Shown piece by piece: positions 27,983-38,182 of a stretch of DNA of 64,000 nt; the first letter of the stretch is position 1, and each line of letters opens with the position of its first letter. The stretch comes from Candidatus Nanopelagicales bacterium. GTDB taxonomy: Bacteria > Actinomycetota > Actinomycetes > S36-B12. The translations under genes were made by a program, and so were the position numbers. The notes beneath the pieces are model-generated. The model had not been told where the DNA came from. It searched no databases and was given only the letters and a program-made list of their open reading frames with translations. The DNA is taken from assembly GCA_049431945.1 (NCBI GenBank), contig JBMTDJ010000001.1, positions 14,106-78,105 of the forward strand, read 5' to 3'.

Positions 27983-30721
27983 CTAGACGCGTGCCTTCTC
28001 GCGCATCTCGTAGGTCTCGATGACATCGTCGACCTTGACATCTCCGTAGGTGCCGAGGTTGATGCCGCACTCGAAGCCCTCGCGCACCTCGGTGACGTCG
28101 TCCTTGAACCTGCGCAACGAGGAGATCGTGAGGTCGTTCGCCACCACGGCGCCGTCGCGTACGAGCCGCGCCTTCGTGTTGCGGCGGATCTCTCCGCTGC
28201 GCACGAGCGATCCGGCGATGGTGCCGAACTTCGAGGACTTGAAGACCTCGCGCACCTCGGCGGTGCCGAGCTGGACCTCCTCGAACTCCGGCTTGAGCAT
28301 GCCGCGGAGAGCTGCCTCGATCTCATCGATCGCCTGGTAGATGACGGAGTAGAAGCGCACGTCCACGCCCTCCTGGGACGCGAACTCGGCCACCTTGCCT
28401 TCGGGGCGCACATTGAAGCCCACGACGACGGCATCCGACGCGCTGGCCAGCGTGACATCGCTCTTGGTGATCGCGCCGACGCCGCGATGGATGACGCGGA
28501 GCGAGACCCCGTCGCCCACCTCGATCTTGAGGAGGGCGTCCTCGAGGGCCTCCACCGAACCGGAGACGTCGCCCTTGAGGATGAGGTTGAGCTCGCGCAG
28601 CTCGCCTTCCTCGAGACTCTTGAGGAAGTCCTCGAGGGTACGTCGGGCGCGGGACTTCGCCAACTGTGCGTTGCGCTCGCGAGCCTGGCGCGTCTGGGCG
28701 ATCTGTCGCGCGGTGCGATCCTCCTCGACCACGAGGAAGGTGTCGCCCGCCCCGGGGACCGAAGTCAGACCGAGCACCTGGACCGGTCGTGAGGGCAGTG
28801 CCTCGTCCACGGTGTTGCCGTCCTCGTCGAGCATCGCGCGCACGCGCCCGTAGGCATCGCCCGCAACGATGGAATCGCCCGGACGGAGGGTGCCTCGCTG
28901 GACCAGGACGGTCGCGACGGGACCGCGACCGCGGTCGAGGTGAGCCTCGATCGCGACACCCTGAGCGTCCTGGGTCGGATTGGCACGCAGGTCAAGGGCG
29001 GCATCCGCGGTCAGCAGAATCGCCTCGAGCAGTTCATCGATCCCGGTGGCCTGCACGGCGGAGACGTCGACGAACATCGTGTCGCCGCCGTACTCCTCGG
29101 CAACCAGACCGAACTCGGTGAGTTGACCGCGCACCTTCGCCGGATCGGCGCCTTCCTTGTCAACCTTGTTGACCGCGACCACGATGGGCACCTCGGCCGC
29201 CTGAGCGTGGTTGAGCGCCTCGATGGTCTGCGGCTTCACACCATCGTCAGCGGCCACCACGAGCACGGCAATGTCGGTCACCTGCGCACCACGGGCTCGC
29301 ATCGCGGTGAACGCCTCGTGGCCCGGGGTGTCGATGAAGGTGATCGGTCGATCGTCATCACCGGGATGCGCGTGAATCTGGTACGCGCCGATGTGCTGGG
29401 TGATGCCTCCAGCCTCGGCCGCGACGACATTGGTCTTGCGGATGGCGTCGAGCAGCTTGGTCTTGCCGTGGTCGACGTGGCCCATGACCGTGACCACCGG
29501 CGGACGCGGCATGAGGTCCGACTCATCGCCCTCGTCCTCGCCGAAGTCCAGCGAGAAGGACTCGAGGAGCTCACGATCCTCGTCCTCCGGCGACACGACC
29601 TGCACGTCGAAGTCGAGTTCGCTGCCGAGCAACTTCAACGTGTCGTCGTCGACGGACTGGGTCGCGGTGACCATCTCGCCGAGCTTGAACAGCACGGTGA
29701 CGAGATCAGCGGGACTCGCATCGATCTTGTCGGCGAAGTCCGTGAGGCTCGCGCCGCGGGGTAGGCGCACGACCTGGCCATTGCCACGCGGCAGCCGCAC
29801 GCCACCGATCGTGGGCGCCTGCATGTTGTCGAATTCCTGGCGCTTGGCGCGCTTGGACTTGCGACCACGGGAGGGCCGGCCACCGGGCTTGCCGAAGGCG
29901 CCGGCAGTGCCGCCGCGACCACCAGGGCCGCCGCGTCCACCCGGGCGTCCGCCGAAGCCGCCGCCGGGACCGCCGCCGGGGCCACCGCCTGGACCACCGC
30001 CGGGACCGCCACCGAATCCGCCGCCGGGGCCACCGCCTGGACGACCGGGACCACGACCGCCGGGCGCGCCGCCGGGGCGACCGGGACCACCGGGCCGCGC
30101 GGGTGCACCGGGACGACCGGGACCACCGGGCCGCGCGGGCGCACCGGGTCGCGGGACTCCGGGAACGCGCGGCATCATCCCCGGCGTCGGGCGTGGGATG
30201 CCCGGGACACCCGGAGTCGCACGCCCCATGCCGGTGTTGCCGGTGAAGGGGTTGTTGCCAGGACGCGGCGCGGCCGGGCGCGGTGTCTCGCGCGCCGCGA
30301 CATTGCCGGTGAAGGGGTTGTTGCCAGGACGCGGCCCGGTGGGCTTGGGGGCAGGCGCCTCAGCGGCAGGAACCTCGGGCCCGGGCGTCTCGGGAGCCCT
30401 GGCCGCAGCAGCCGGCGCCTCGGTCGCCGGTACCTCGGGCGCCGGTGCGACGGGTGCCTGCACGGGCGGCTCTGCGGCAGCGGCGGGCGTCTCCGCGGGT
30501 GGCGCCTCCTTGGGGGCGGCCGCCTTCTTCGTCGCGCGCTTGGGCTTGGCCTCGGCGGATGGCGCCGCAGGCATGGCGTCCTTCAGCTTGCGCACCACGG
30601 GCGCTTCGACTGTGGACGATGCAGAGCGCACGAATTCGCCGAGCTCCGCCAGTTTGGCGAGCACGACCTTGCTCTCGACTCCGAGCTCCTTGGCGAGCTC
30701 ATAGACCCGGACCTTTGACAC
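27983..30721 (-). CDS. infB: Translation initiation factor IF-2
   Basis: G-domain motifs [13 protein letters not shown] and NKVD. Long Pro/Gly/Ala-rich N-terminal region. GTG start with AGGAGAG. Confidence 0.96.
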   Translation of the reverse strand: MSKVRVYELAKELGVESKVVLAKLAELGEFVRSASSTVEAPVVRKLKDAMPAAPSAEAKPKRATKKAAAPKEAPPAETPAAAAEPPVQAPVAPAPEVPATEAPAAAARAPETPGPEVPAAEAPAPKPTGPRPGNNPFTGNVAARETPRPAAPRPGNNPFTGNTGMGRATPGVPGIPRPTPGMMPRVPGVPRPGAPARPGGPGRPGAPARPGGPGRPGGAPGGRGPGRPGGGPGGGFGGGPGGGPGGGPGGGPGGGFGGRPGGRGGPGGRGGTAGAFGKPGGRPSRGRKSKRAKRQEFDNMQAPTIGGVRLPRGNGQVVRLPRGASLTDFADKIDASPADLVTVLFKLGEMVTATQSVDDDTLKLLGSELDFDVQVVSPEDEDRELLESFSLDFGEDEGDESDLMPRPPVVTVMGHVDHGKTKLLDAIRKTNVVAAEAGGITQHIGAYQIHAHPGDDDRPITFIDTPGHEAFTAMRARGAQVTDIAVLVVAADDGVKPQTIEALNHAQAAEVPIVVAVNKVDKEGADPAKVRGQLTEFGLVAEEYGGDTMFVDVSAVQATGIDELLEAILLTADAALDLRANPTQDAQGVAIEAHLDRGRGPVATVLVQRGTLRPGDSIVAGDAYGRVRAMLDEDGNTVDEALPSRPVQVLGLTSVPGAGDTFLVVEEDRTARQIAQTRQARERNAQLAKSRARRTLEDFLKSLEEGELRELNLILKGDVSGSVEALEDALLKIEVGDGVSLRVIHRGVGAITKSDVTLASASDAVVVGFNVRPEGKVAEFASQEGVDVRFYSVIYQAIDEIEAALRGMLKPEFEEVQLGTAEVREVFKSSKFGTIAGSLVRSGEIRRNTKARLVRDGAVVANDLTISSLRRFKDDVTEVREGFECGINLGTYGDVKVDDVIETYEMREKARV
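30078..30149 (-). repeat. 36-nt tandem duplication inside the infB Pro/Gly-rich region
   Basis: 30078-30113 and 30114-30149 differ at about 2 positions. They encode [12 protein letters not shown] twice. Confidence 0.85.
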
Positions 30722-30736
30722 GACTCTCCTGTCTTC

Positions 30737-30772
30737 GGTCCGGTGCGCGTGCTTCGGGCACGCATCCGGACC
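30737..30772 (-). promoter_or_regulatory. Strong stem-loop 6 nt upstream of the infB SD
   Basis: Minus-strand RNA is GGUCCGG-AU-GCGUGC-CCGAA-GCACGC-GCA-CCGGACC (7+6 bp), followed by GAAGACAGGAGAGUCGUG. Confidence 0.4.
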
Positions 30773-30873
30773 GTCAGTGCTGGTTGACCCTGCTCATGGC
30801 TGGGTGCTCATCGGTGGCTCATCCTTGGATGCCCCATCTCTGCGACAACTGCGGTCTTCGGACAATTGCTGAA

Positions 30874-31185
30874 CTACTGGTGGTGCTCTGTCATTCCGTG
30901 CTCTGGCGTGCGCCCGAGGAACTCGCGCAGAGGCCCGAGATCGGGCCCTGCACTCGCCCGCAGCGCGCGGGTGAACGCCCTGCGGCGTTCGGCCACCTCC
31001 CAGCAGCCGGGATGCAGCCACGCTCCCCGGCCCGGTTGGGTGGCCTGCGGGTCGGGGACGACTGCCCCGTCCACGAGGACCACCCGCAGGAGACCCTCCG
31101 GTGAAACCCGCTCCCGGCATCCGATGCAGGTGCGCACGCTGTTAGGTCGGGCAGCACTCACATCGATCCCGGGTCGGATCCACAC
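30874..31185 (-). CDS. ylxR: YlxR/DUF448 family RNA-binding protein
   Basis: RTCIGCRERV...GRGAWLHP. The start is uncertain (GTG 31185, 31161 or 31137; none has a clear SD). Confidence 0.8.
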   Translation of the reverse strand: MWIRPGIDVSAARPNSVRTCIGCRERVSPEGLLRVVLVDGAVVPDPQATQPGRGAWLHPGCWEVAERRRAFTRALRASAGPDLGPLREFLGRTPEHGMTEHHQ

Positions 31186-31276
31186 GGACGAAGAGGAGTG
31201 TAGCCCCGCCGACCCCCGGGGCTGGCGCCACCACCGCTTCCGAGGGTTCGCCCCTCATGGGACGAGGCCCCGGTGC

Positions 31277-32293
31277 CTACTCCGCGGCGGGAGAGGGTGC
31301 GTCCGGCTCGGTGTCCGGGCGGATGTCGATGCGCCAGCCCGTCAGTCGCGCCGCGAGGCGGGCGTTTTGCCCCTCGCGCCCGATGGCCAGCGAGAGCTGG
31401 TAGTCCGGCACGGTCACGCGGGCCGCCTTGGCGTCGGGATCGACGATCTCCACGCGGCTGACCCGGGCGGGTGACAGGGCGTGGGCGACGAGCTCCGCCG
31501 GATCATCGCTGAAGTCAACGATGTCGATCTTCTCGCCCCCGAGCTCGCTCATCACCTGGCGCACACGCTGTCCCATGGGGCCGATGCACGCACCCTTGGC
31601 ATTGAGTCCAGGGACCGTGGAGCGCACGGCGATCTTGGTGCGGTGCCCGGCTTCGCGCGCGAGGCCGGCGATCTCGACGCTGCCATCCGCAATCTCCGGC
31701 ACCTCGAGTGCGAAGAGCCCGCGCACCAGGGCCGGGTGCGAGCGCGACACCGTCACCTGCGGCCCTCGAGGACCCTTGCGCACGCCCGTGACGACGCACT
31801 TGATCCGGGTGCCATGCGGATAGGACTCCCCCGGCACCTGCTCCGACGGCGGTAGCAGGGCCTCGACCTTGCCGAGATCCACCCGGACCACGCGCGGGTC
31901 ACTGCCCTGCTGGATCACGCCGGACACCAGATCTCCCTCGGTGCCCGAGAACTCCCCGAACGTGCGGTCGCTCTCGGCATCGCGCAGCCTCTGGAGCAGC
32001 ACCTGGCGTGCCGTGGCCGCAGCCACTCGACCGAAATCCGTGGGAGTGTCGTCGTATTCGCGGGGCTGGGGTACCACCTCTCCGGCTACCTGCTCCCCCA
32101 CTGGCGCAGCCTCGCGGGCCCACACGGTCACGTGGCCGGTCTTGCGGTCGAGCTCCACGCGAGCGTCCTCAGCCGCTCCCTCGCTCCGCAGGTAGGCCAT
32201 GAGGAGTGCCTGCTCGATGGAATCGACGACGAGATCCCAGGACAGTTCCTTGTCACGTACGAGTGCCTTGAGCGCGTTGACGTCGATATCCAT
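31277..32293 (-). CDS. nusA: Transcription termination/antitermination factor NusA
   Basis: N-terminal domain, S1 and KH1/KH2 ([16 protein letters not shown]). The ATG overlaps the rimP stop. Confidence 0.95.
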   Translation of the reverse strand: MDIDVNALKALVRDKELSWDLVVDSIEQALLMAYLRSEGAAEDARVELDRKTGHVTVWAREAAPVGEQVAGEVVPQPREYDDTPTDFGRVAAATARQVLLQRLRDAESDRTFGEFSGTEGDLVSGVIQQGSDPRVVRVDLGKVEALLPPSEQVPGESYPHGTRIKCVVTGVRKGPRGPQVTVSRSHPALVRGLFALEVPEIADGSVEIAGLAREAGHRTKIAVRSTVPGLNAKGACIGPMGQRVRQVMSELGGEKIDIVDFSDDPAELVAHALSPARVSRVEIVDPDAKAARVTVPDYQLSLAIGREGQNARLAARLTGWRIDIRPDTEPDAPSPAAE

Positions 32294-32820
32294 CAGGACT
32301 CCTCACCGTCCGAGCCGGGGCGCCGGAACTCGATCTGCACCTCACCGCGGACCAGCTCACTCCACTCGGCACGGCGTTCCGCAGCCTCCGCCCCGTCGGA
32401 CGTGTCCACGTCGAGCACGACCGCGAGGTCGTCGGCGCTGCGGATGCGGCCATCGAGCGCAGTGCCGTCAGCCATGTGCGCGCGCACTCGACGGCCCGCA
32501 TTGCGCCGCCAGTGCCGGGGAAGAGTGAGTGGGCGGTCGACCCCGGGCGACGTGATCTCGAGGGTGTAGGCATCGTCGCCCATGGCGTCCGACGCATCGA
32601 GCGCGTCGGAGACTGCGCGGCTCGCTGCGGCGATGCCGTCGAGATCGATGCCGCCATCTCGATCGACGACGACGCACACGCGGCGACGTCGCCCCGCTGC
32701 CTGGACCTCGAGGTCCTCGAGGTCGAGTCCGAGTGAGGCCAGGACGGGCTCGATGGCGCTGGCTATCGCGGCACTCCGGGCCGCGGCGCCGGAGGACGCG
32801 CGTGAGGGATCGCTCATCAC
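32293..32820 (-). CDS. rimP: Ribosome maturation factor RimP
   Basis: [10 protein letters not shown]...[14 protein letters not shown]. The start is GTG 32820 or, better spaced from GGAGG, ATG 32817. Confidence 0.9.
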   Translation of the reverse strand: MMSDPSRASSGAAARSAAIASAIEPVLASLGLDLEDLEVQAAGRRRRVCVVVDRDGGIDLDGIAAASRAVSDALDASDAMGDDAYTLEITSPGVDRPLTLPRHWRRNAGRRVRAHMADGTALDGRIRSADDLAVVLDVDTSDGAEAAERRAEWSELVRGEVQIEFRRPGSDGEES

Positions 32821-32940
32821 CCCTCCTCACGCCTCTTCACGTGCGCTATTCACGTGTCCGAGCTTGCATGCCCGGCCTTGCCCGGCCACGGGCCGCAAGC
32901 GGCCCCGTGTCCGTTCCCTGAGGGTACCTCCCCGCGTGGC

Positions 32941-33504
32941 ATGCTGGCCGGCGTGCACCGGCCCCACGCTCCCGGCGGCCCGACCGTCGGGGTCGGCCAA
33001 GTCCTCCCTGACGGGCACGGGCAGCTGACTCGCCGCGCTGTGCTCGGCGGATCCGCGCTCGTCAGTGCGGCCCTCCTCGTCGGATGCACATCCGATCCAG
33101 GGCCGGATGCCTCAACGGCGAACCCCACCGACGAATCCGATCTCGCAGATGCCGATGCCCAAGTGCGCACCTCCGTAGCCGCTGACGAAGTGGCGATCAT
33201 CGCCTTGTACGACGCGGTCCTCGCGGCCTACCCGGGCCTGTCCGCCGATCTCGCCCCGCTGCGCGATGAGCACGTCGCCCACGCCGATGCCATGGGTGAC
33301 TCGGTCCCACCCGGCGGCGCGGCGCCGGCCGCCCCCGGCTCGCAGCCCCAGGCCCTGGCTGCGCTCATCGACGCCGAGCAGCAGGCCGTGGCACAGCGCA
33401 CGGCGGCGTGCGAAGGGACCACCACGGAGGACATCGCCCGGACGATCGCGCTCATCGCAGCCTCGGAGGCCGGCCACGCCGAATTCCTGCGGGGACTCAC
33501 ATGA
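32941..33504 (+). CDS. Tat-signal lipoprotein with ferritin-like (DUF4439-related) domain
   Basis: TRRAVLGGSALVSAALLVGC (twin-Arg plus lipobox), then an Ala-rich helical domain (...LIDAEQQAVA...SEAGHAEFL). The start is uncertain (ATG 32941 chosen within ORF 32854..33504). Confidence 0.65.
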   Translation: MLAGVHRPHAPGGPTVGVGQVLPDGHGQLTRRAVLGGSALVSAALLVGCTSDPGPDASTANPTDESDLADADAQVRTSVAADEVAIIALYDAVLAAYPGLSADLAPLRDEHVAHADAMGDSVPPGGAAPAAPGSQPQALAALIDAEQQAVAQRTAACEGTTTEDIARTIALIAASEAGHAEFLRGLT

Positions 33505-33896
33505 CCGCCGACGAAGCGCTCCAGGCCAGCATCCTCGGCGAGGAGGCAGCGCTCTACGCCTATGGTGTCGCCGGGCCATGGCTCGACTCGACCGACCGAG
33601 ATCTCGCGCTCGGGGGCCTGGCTGCCCATCGGGCCAGGGTCCTGGCCCTGCGCACCGAGGCCGCCGACGCCGATGAGACCGGTGCCCCCGGTGGTTTCGT
33701 CACCGGCCCCGTCGACTCCCCCGCGACGGCCCGCGCCCTGCTGGCCGACGTCGAGGCCCGACTCTGCGCGACCTACGCCGACCTGGCTGCAGCCGTCACG
33801 GGCGGCGAGCGACGCAACGCGGTGCTGTCCGCATGCGAGTGCTCAGTGCGCTCCATCGCGTGGGGCGCACCCACATCGGCGTTCCCGGGGCGCTAA
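33501..33896 (+). CDS. DUF4439 ferritin-like protein
   Basis: MTADEALQASILGEEAALYAYGVAG... ATG 33501 overlaps the previous stop (ATGA). A similar Ala-rich pair sits next to rimP in mycobacteria (remembered). Confidence 0.65.
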   Translation: MTADEALQASILGEEAALYAYGVAGPWLDSTDRDLALGGLAAHRARVLALRTEAADADETGAPGGFVTGPVDSPATARALLADVEARLCATYADLAAAVTGGERRNAVLSACECSVRSIAWGAPTSAFPGR

Positions 33897-33904
33897 CCTT
33901 CCGG

Positions 33905-34681
33905 TCACACGAGCGACGTCACGGTCTGCCACCCGAGCAGGGCGATGAGCACGCCCGTGACACCGAGCAGCACGACGCGGACGAAGCCGCTCCCCCGGGC
34001 GATCGCCGTGCGCGCACCCACGATCGCACCCGCGACGTTGCAGGCCGCCATGAGCAGGCCGAGGCCCCAGAGCACTGAGCCGGCAAGGCCGAAGACGATG
34101 AGTGATGCGGCGTTCGTGCCGACGTTGACGATCTTGGCCGTCGCCGATGCCTGCAGGAAGGTGTAGCCGACCGCCGCGACAAGCAGCACGATGAGGAATG
34201 AGCCGGTGCCGGGACCCATGGCTCCGTCGTAGAACCCGATCGCCAAGCCTCCGGCGACCGCGGTCACCAGATGGCGGCGCCGGGACACTTCGCGCGCGGT
34301 GAGGCCGAAGTCGCGACGGAACGCGATGAAGAGCCACACGAGGACGAGGGCGATGAGGATCACCGGGCGGAAGACCATGGGCGGCAGATGCACCGCGGTA
34401 AGGGACCCGAGGGCGGCGCCGGCAAAGGCCGCGGCCGCCATGGGCAACGCCGTGCGCAGCCGAGGCATCTCGATGCGACCGTAGGTGATGGCCGCTGCGG
34501 AGGTGCCGAAGATGGAGGACAGTTTGTTCGTGCCCAGCGCCAGTGCAGGTCGATCCGCGGGTACGGCGAGCAGCAGGGCCGGAAGTTGCAGCAGGCCACC
34601 ACCGCCGCTCACGGCGTCCACCCATCCCGCCGTGGCGGCGACCACGCAGAGCAGGAGGACGACGTACCAGTCCGGTGTCAT
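33905..34681 (-). CDS. TauE/SafE (DUF81) family anion exporter, second copy
   Basis: WVDAVSGGGGLLQLP...GTNKLSSIFGT and eight hydrophobic helices. ATG 34681 overlaps the HAD gene stop (ATGA). Confidence 0.85.
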   Translation of the reverse strand: MTPDWYVVLLLCVVAATAGWVDAVSGGGGLLQLPALLLAVPADRPALALGTNKLSSIFGTSAAAITYGRIEMPRLRTALPMAAAAFAGAALGSLTAVHLPPMVFRPVILIALVLVWLFIAFRRDFGLTAREVSRRRHLVTAVAGGLAIGFYDGAMGPGTGSFLIVLLVAAVGYTFLQASATAKIVNVGTNAASLIVFGLAGSVLWGLGLLMAACNVAGAIVGARTAIARGSGFVRVVLLGVTGVLIALLGWQTVTSLV

Positions 34682-35403
34682 ACCGGCGGCCGCCTCGACC
34701 GCCACTCCACGATGACACCGAGCACATCGCCGAGGCGGCTCACGACGGCATCAGGGGTGACATCGACCTCCACCGCCTGGTCCCCGAGCCGCGAGTGCGG
34801 GATGAGGATGGCGCGCATCCCCACCTGCTGAGCTCCGTGAACGTCGTCCCAGGGTCGATCCCCCACGAAGACGGCCTCGGTCACGGTGGATCCCACCGCG
34901 GTGACCGCCGCGATGAACGCCTCGGCATGCGGCTTGGCCACCGGGATCTCACTCGAATAGACCGCCGCGTCGATGAACGGAGTCAGGCCATCGCGCGAGA
35001 ACACGGCCTCGTGATGCCACCGCGGCCACAGGGTGTTGGACAGCACGCCGATCCTCACCCCGAGAGCCTTCAACTCCTGCAGGAGCGGCCGGGCATCGGG
35101 GTCGGCCAGGGTGTGCGGCTCCCAGGCCTCGAGGTAGGCCGCGAGCGCCGGACCGTGGCGGTCATCGGAAGTGTCCACGCCGCATGCAGCGAACACGTGC
35201 TCCAAGGTCCCGGTCCCGTTGGCCCCGAGGGATGCCTGCTGCTCGCGCCACAGGCCGACCTCGGCGGCGGCGAGGCACGTGGCCAGACCGGTGTCGGCGC
35301 CGTCGTACACGCTGGCGTACGCGGACCATTGGGCGACGAGATCGATGTCATGCCAGGGAGTGAGCGTGCCTCCCCAGTCGAAGATGACGGCGTCGACCGT
35401 CAT
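34678..35403 (-). CDS. HAD family hydrolase
   Basis: [12 protein letters not shown] (motif I) and [14 protein letters not shown] (motif IV). The ATG overlaps the proS stop (ATGA). Confidence 0.85.
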   Translation of the reverse strand: MTVDAVIFDWGGTLTPWHDIDLVAQWSAYASVYDGADTGLATCLAAAEVGLWREQQASLGANGTGTLEHVFAACGVDTSDDRHGPALAAYLEAWEPHTLADPDARPLLQELKALGVRIGVLSNTLWPRWHHEAVFSRDGLTPFIDAAVYSSEIPVAKPHAEAFIAAVTAVGSTVTEAVFVGDRPWDDVHGAQQVGMRAILIPHSRLGDQAVEVDVTPDAVVSRLGDVLGVIVEWRSRRPPV

Positions 35404-37163
35404 GCACGCACGAGCTCGACGACGCGCGAGGAGATGTCGCCAACGGGCACATCGACGGAGTCGCCACTGGCACGATCTCGTAGCTCCACGACTCCGTCGA
35501 CGAGGCGCTTGCCGACCACGACGATGGTGGGGACGCCGATGAGCTCGGCGTCATTGAACTTCACGCCGGGAGACACACCGCGTCGGTCATCGATGAGCAC
35601 ACGCACACCTTGGTCGTTGAGCGATGTTGCGAGTTGCTCCGCCGCGTCGAAGGGCGCGTCGTCCTTGCCCGTCGCGACGATGTGCACATCGGCCGGTGCC
35701 ACCGCTCGCGGCCAGATGAGGCCCTTGGCGTCGTGATGCTGCTCCGCTACGGCCGCGACCGCCCGCGAGACGCCCAGCCCGTAGGAGCCCATGGTCACCG
35801 TGACCTGCTTGCCGTTCTCGTCGAGAACGGTGAGGCCGAGCGCCTCGGCGTACTTGCGTCCGAGCTGGAAGATGTGGCCGATCTCGATTCCCCTGGCGAT
35901 CTCGATCGTCGCACCGCAGCGAGGACACGGATCACCCTCGACGATCTCCACGGCTTCGATCTCGCCGTCGACTTCGAAGTCGCGACCGCGGACCAGGCCG
36001 TAGACGTGACGGCCCTTGTCGTTGGCACCGGTGATCCACGCCGTGCCCACGGCGACTCGCGGGTCGACGAGATAGCGGATGTTGCCCTCGCCCCCCAGGG
36101 CGCCGGGGCCGATGTAGCCCTTGACCAGAGCGGGGTACTTCGGGAAGTCATCCTCCTCGAACGGCCGCAGGGTCACGGGATGGAGTGCGGCCTCCAGGCG
36201 CTTGACGTCGACCTCCCGATCACCGGGAACGCCGATCGCCAGCGGGGCACTCGTGCCGTCGGGGTAGTCGGCCATGAAGACGACGTTCTTCAAGGTGTCG
36301 GCAGCGGTCCACGGGCGATCGTCGCGGCGGATGTCAGCGCGATCATTGGAGACATCGACGAGCGTGGCGATCGTCGGAGTGTCAGGGGTGTCGTGGACGA
36401 CAGCCGGAGGTAGAGCGGACACCTCGGACGGCACAGGCACACGACTGATGAACGCTTCGACATTGGCGGCGTAGTCGCACGCTGTGCACCGGACGTAGGT
36501 GTCCTCCCCCGAGTCCGTCGGCGCGAGGAACTCCTCGCTCTGGGACCCTCCCATCGCGCCGGACTGGGCGGAGACGATGACGAAGTCCAGGCCAAGTCGG
36601 TCGAAGCAGGAGATGTAAGCGTCACGATGGCGCTGGTACGAGCGCTCCAAGCCGGCATCGTCGACATCGAAGGAGTAGGAGTCCTTCATGACGAACTCGC
36701 GGCCGCGCAGAATGCCTGCGCGGGGACGCGCCTCGTCGCGGTACTTCGTCTGGATCTGGTAGATGACCAGGGGCAGGTCCTTGTACGACGAGTACTCGCC
36801 CTTGACCATGAGGGTGAACATCTCCTCATGCGTTGGCCCCAGGAGGTAGTCGCCGCCCTTGCGATCGTGGAGTCGGAAGAGGTTGTCGCCGTACTCCTCC
36901 CACCGATGCGTCTGCTCGTACGGCTCGCGCGGCAGCAGTGCCGGGAAGTGGACCTCCTGGAAGCCAGCACTATCCATCTCGTCGCGGACGATGGACTCGA
37001 TGTTGCGGTAGACGAGGTAGCCCAGCGGGAGCCACGAGAAGATGCCGGGGGCGACGCGTCGGACGTATCCGGCCCGCACGAGCAGGCGGTGGCTCGGCAC
37101 CTCCGCGTCGGCAGGGTCGTCACGGAGGGTACGCACGAAGAGGTTGGACATCCGCAGGAGCAC
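35400..37163 (-). CDS. proS: Proline--tRNA ligase (bacterial type with editing domain)
   Basis: 587 aa, N-terminus [29 protein letters not shown], with class II motifs and an INS domain. Confidence 0.95.
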   Translation of the reverse strand: MLLRMSNLFVRTLRDDPADAEVPSHRLLVRAGYVRRVAPGIFSWLPLGYLVYRNIESIVRDEMDSAGFQEVHFPALLPREPYEQTHRWEEYGDNLFRLHDRKGGDYLLGPTHEEMFTLMVKGEYSSYKDLPLVIYQIQTKYRDEARPRAGILRGREFVMKDSYSFDVDDAGLERSYQRHRDAYISCFDRLGLDFVIVSAQSGAMGGSQSEEFLAPTDSGEDTYVRCTACDYAANVEAFISRVPVPSEVSALPPAVVHDTPDTPTIATLVDVSNDRADIRRDDRPWTAADTLKNVVFMADYPDGTSAPLAIGVPGDREVDVKRLEAALHPVTLRPFEEDDFPKYPALVKGYIGPGALGGEGNIRYLVDPRVAVGTAWITGANDKGRHVYGLVRGRDFEVDGEIEAVEIVEGDPCPRCGATIEIARGIEIGHIFQLGRKYAEALGLTVLDENGKQVTVTMGSYGLGVSRAVAAVAEQHHDAKGLIWPRAVAPADVHIVATGKDDAPFDAAEQLATSLNDQGVRVLIDDRRGVSPGVKFNDAELIGVPTIVVVGKRLVDGVVELRDRASGDSVDVPVGDISSRVVELVRA

Positions 37164-37229
37164 GGGCTCACCCTAGCCAGGACCCCACCGGACGGATGCG
37201 CGGCCAGCGGGCGGGGGCCGCGGGACCGG

Positions 37230-37297
37230 TGCGCCGACTCCGCCCCTTATCGACGCTCGTAGCGCCCTGAGCGTCGATGACGGGCGGAACTGGTGCA
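37230..37297 (-). repeat. Long imperfect palindromic element, copy 2 of 2
   Basis: The minus strand reads TGCACCAGTTCCGCCCGTCATCGACG-CTCAGGGCGCTACGAG-CGTCGATAAGGGGCGGAGTCGGCGCA, starting 9 nt after the GNAT gene TGA and 66 nt before the proS start. See copy 1 at 302-368. Confidence 0.6.
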
Positions 37298-37306
37298 CAA
37301 GCATGG

Positions 37307-38182
37307 TCAGAGCAGGACGGTGGCGAACTCGCCCGCGCTCTGGAATCCGACCGCCTCGTAGCAGCGACGGGCCCGATGGTTGTAGTCGTTCACGTACAGG
37401 CTCACCAGGGGTGCAACCTCACGTCGTGCGATCTCGACGACAGCAGCCATGCCGGGCTCGCTGAGCCCTCGGCCGCGTTGGTCCGGGGCCACCCACACGC
37501 CCTGGATCTGGCACGCCCGGGATGAGGCCGCACCCACCTCGGCCTTGAAGATCACGCGACCGTCGTCGATGCGCGCGAGCGCGCGCCCCTCGCGCACGAG
37601 GTCACTGATGCGCGCCCGGTACGCCGCGCCAGCACCGCCGGTCACCGGCGAGATGCCCACCTCCTCGGTGAACATGGCGATGCACGCCGGCACCAGGAGG
37701 TCGAGTTCCTGCATGACGACCGGCCGCACACCCGGATCGGCAGCGACGGCGGGCGACCCATCGAGGACGAGCACGGGTTGGCGGGGCCGAACCTCGCGCG
37801 CTGGACCCCATGCCCCATCCAGACGCGACCACAGGTCGAGAACCTCGTCCGAGGGGCCGACCAGCGAGGACCCGCGCCGACCCGTGCGACGCAGGCGCTC
37901 TGCGAGCACCCGCCGGGCACCGTCGTCGGTCGCGATCGGGATGACGTTCGCGCCGACGTGCAGGGCCGCGACGCAGTGGCCCTCGCGCTCTACCGCCCAG
38001 AAGTCCGCCGCAAGGCGATGACCCCTGTCGGCGATTTCATCGAGGCGGGCGGCCGCGAAGCAGTGAGCGACGGGATCTGCATCGAGGAGCCGACGTAGGT
38101 CGGGAAGGTCAGCGGCCGTGAGCGGCCGGACGACACCTCCGTGCTCAGCCGACCGTGACGACGGGATCGCCGGCGCTGTCAT
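37307..38182 (-). CDS. GNAT-domain protein (conserved neighbour of ispG)
   Basis: 291 aa with a C-terminal GNAT fold ([21 protein letters not shown]). It overlaps the ispG 3' end by 38 nt and no alternative start was found. Confidence 0.75.
   Translation of the reverse strand: MTAPAIPSSRSAEHGGVVRPLTAADLPDLRRLLDADPVAHCFAAARLDEIADRGHRLAADFWAVEREGHCVAALHVGANVIPIATDDGARRVLAERLRRTGRRGSSLVGPSDEVLDLWSRLDGAWGPAREVRPRQPVLVLDGSPAVAADPGVRPVVMQELDLLVPACIAMFTEEVGISPVTGGAGAAYRARISDLVREGRALARIDDGRVIFKAEVGAASSRACQIQGVWVAPDQRGRGLSEPGMAAVVEIARREVAPLVSLYVNDYNHRARRCYEAVGFQSAGEFATVLL

Noticed and set aside
29391-30704. 437-aa Pro/Gly-rich plus-strand ORF and periodic GGNCCN repeats; checked as a possible repeat array or collagen-like gene
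   Set aside because: The periodicity comes from the Pro/Gly/Ala-rich linker of IF-2 on the minus strand, which is continuous with the IF-2 G-domain. There is no spacer/repeat architecture, so it is not a CRISPR array.
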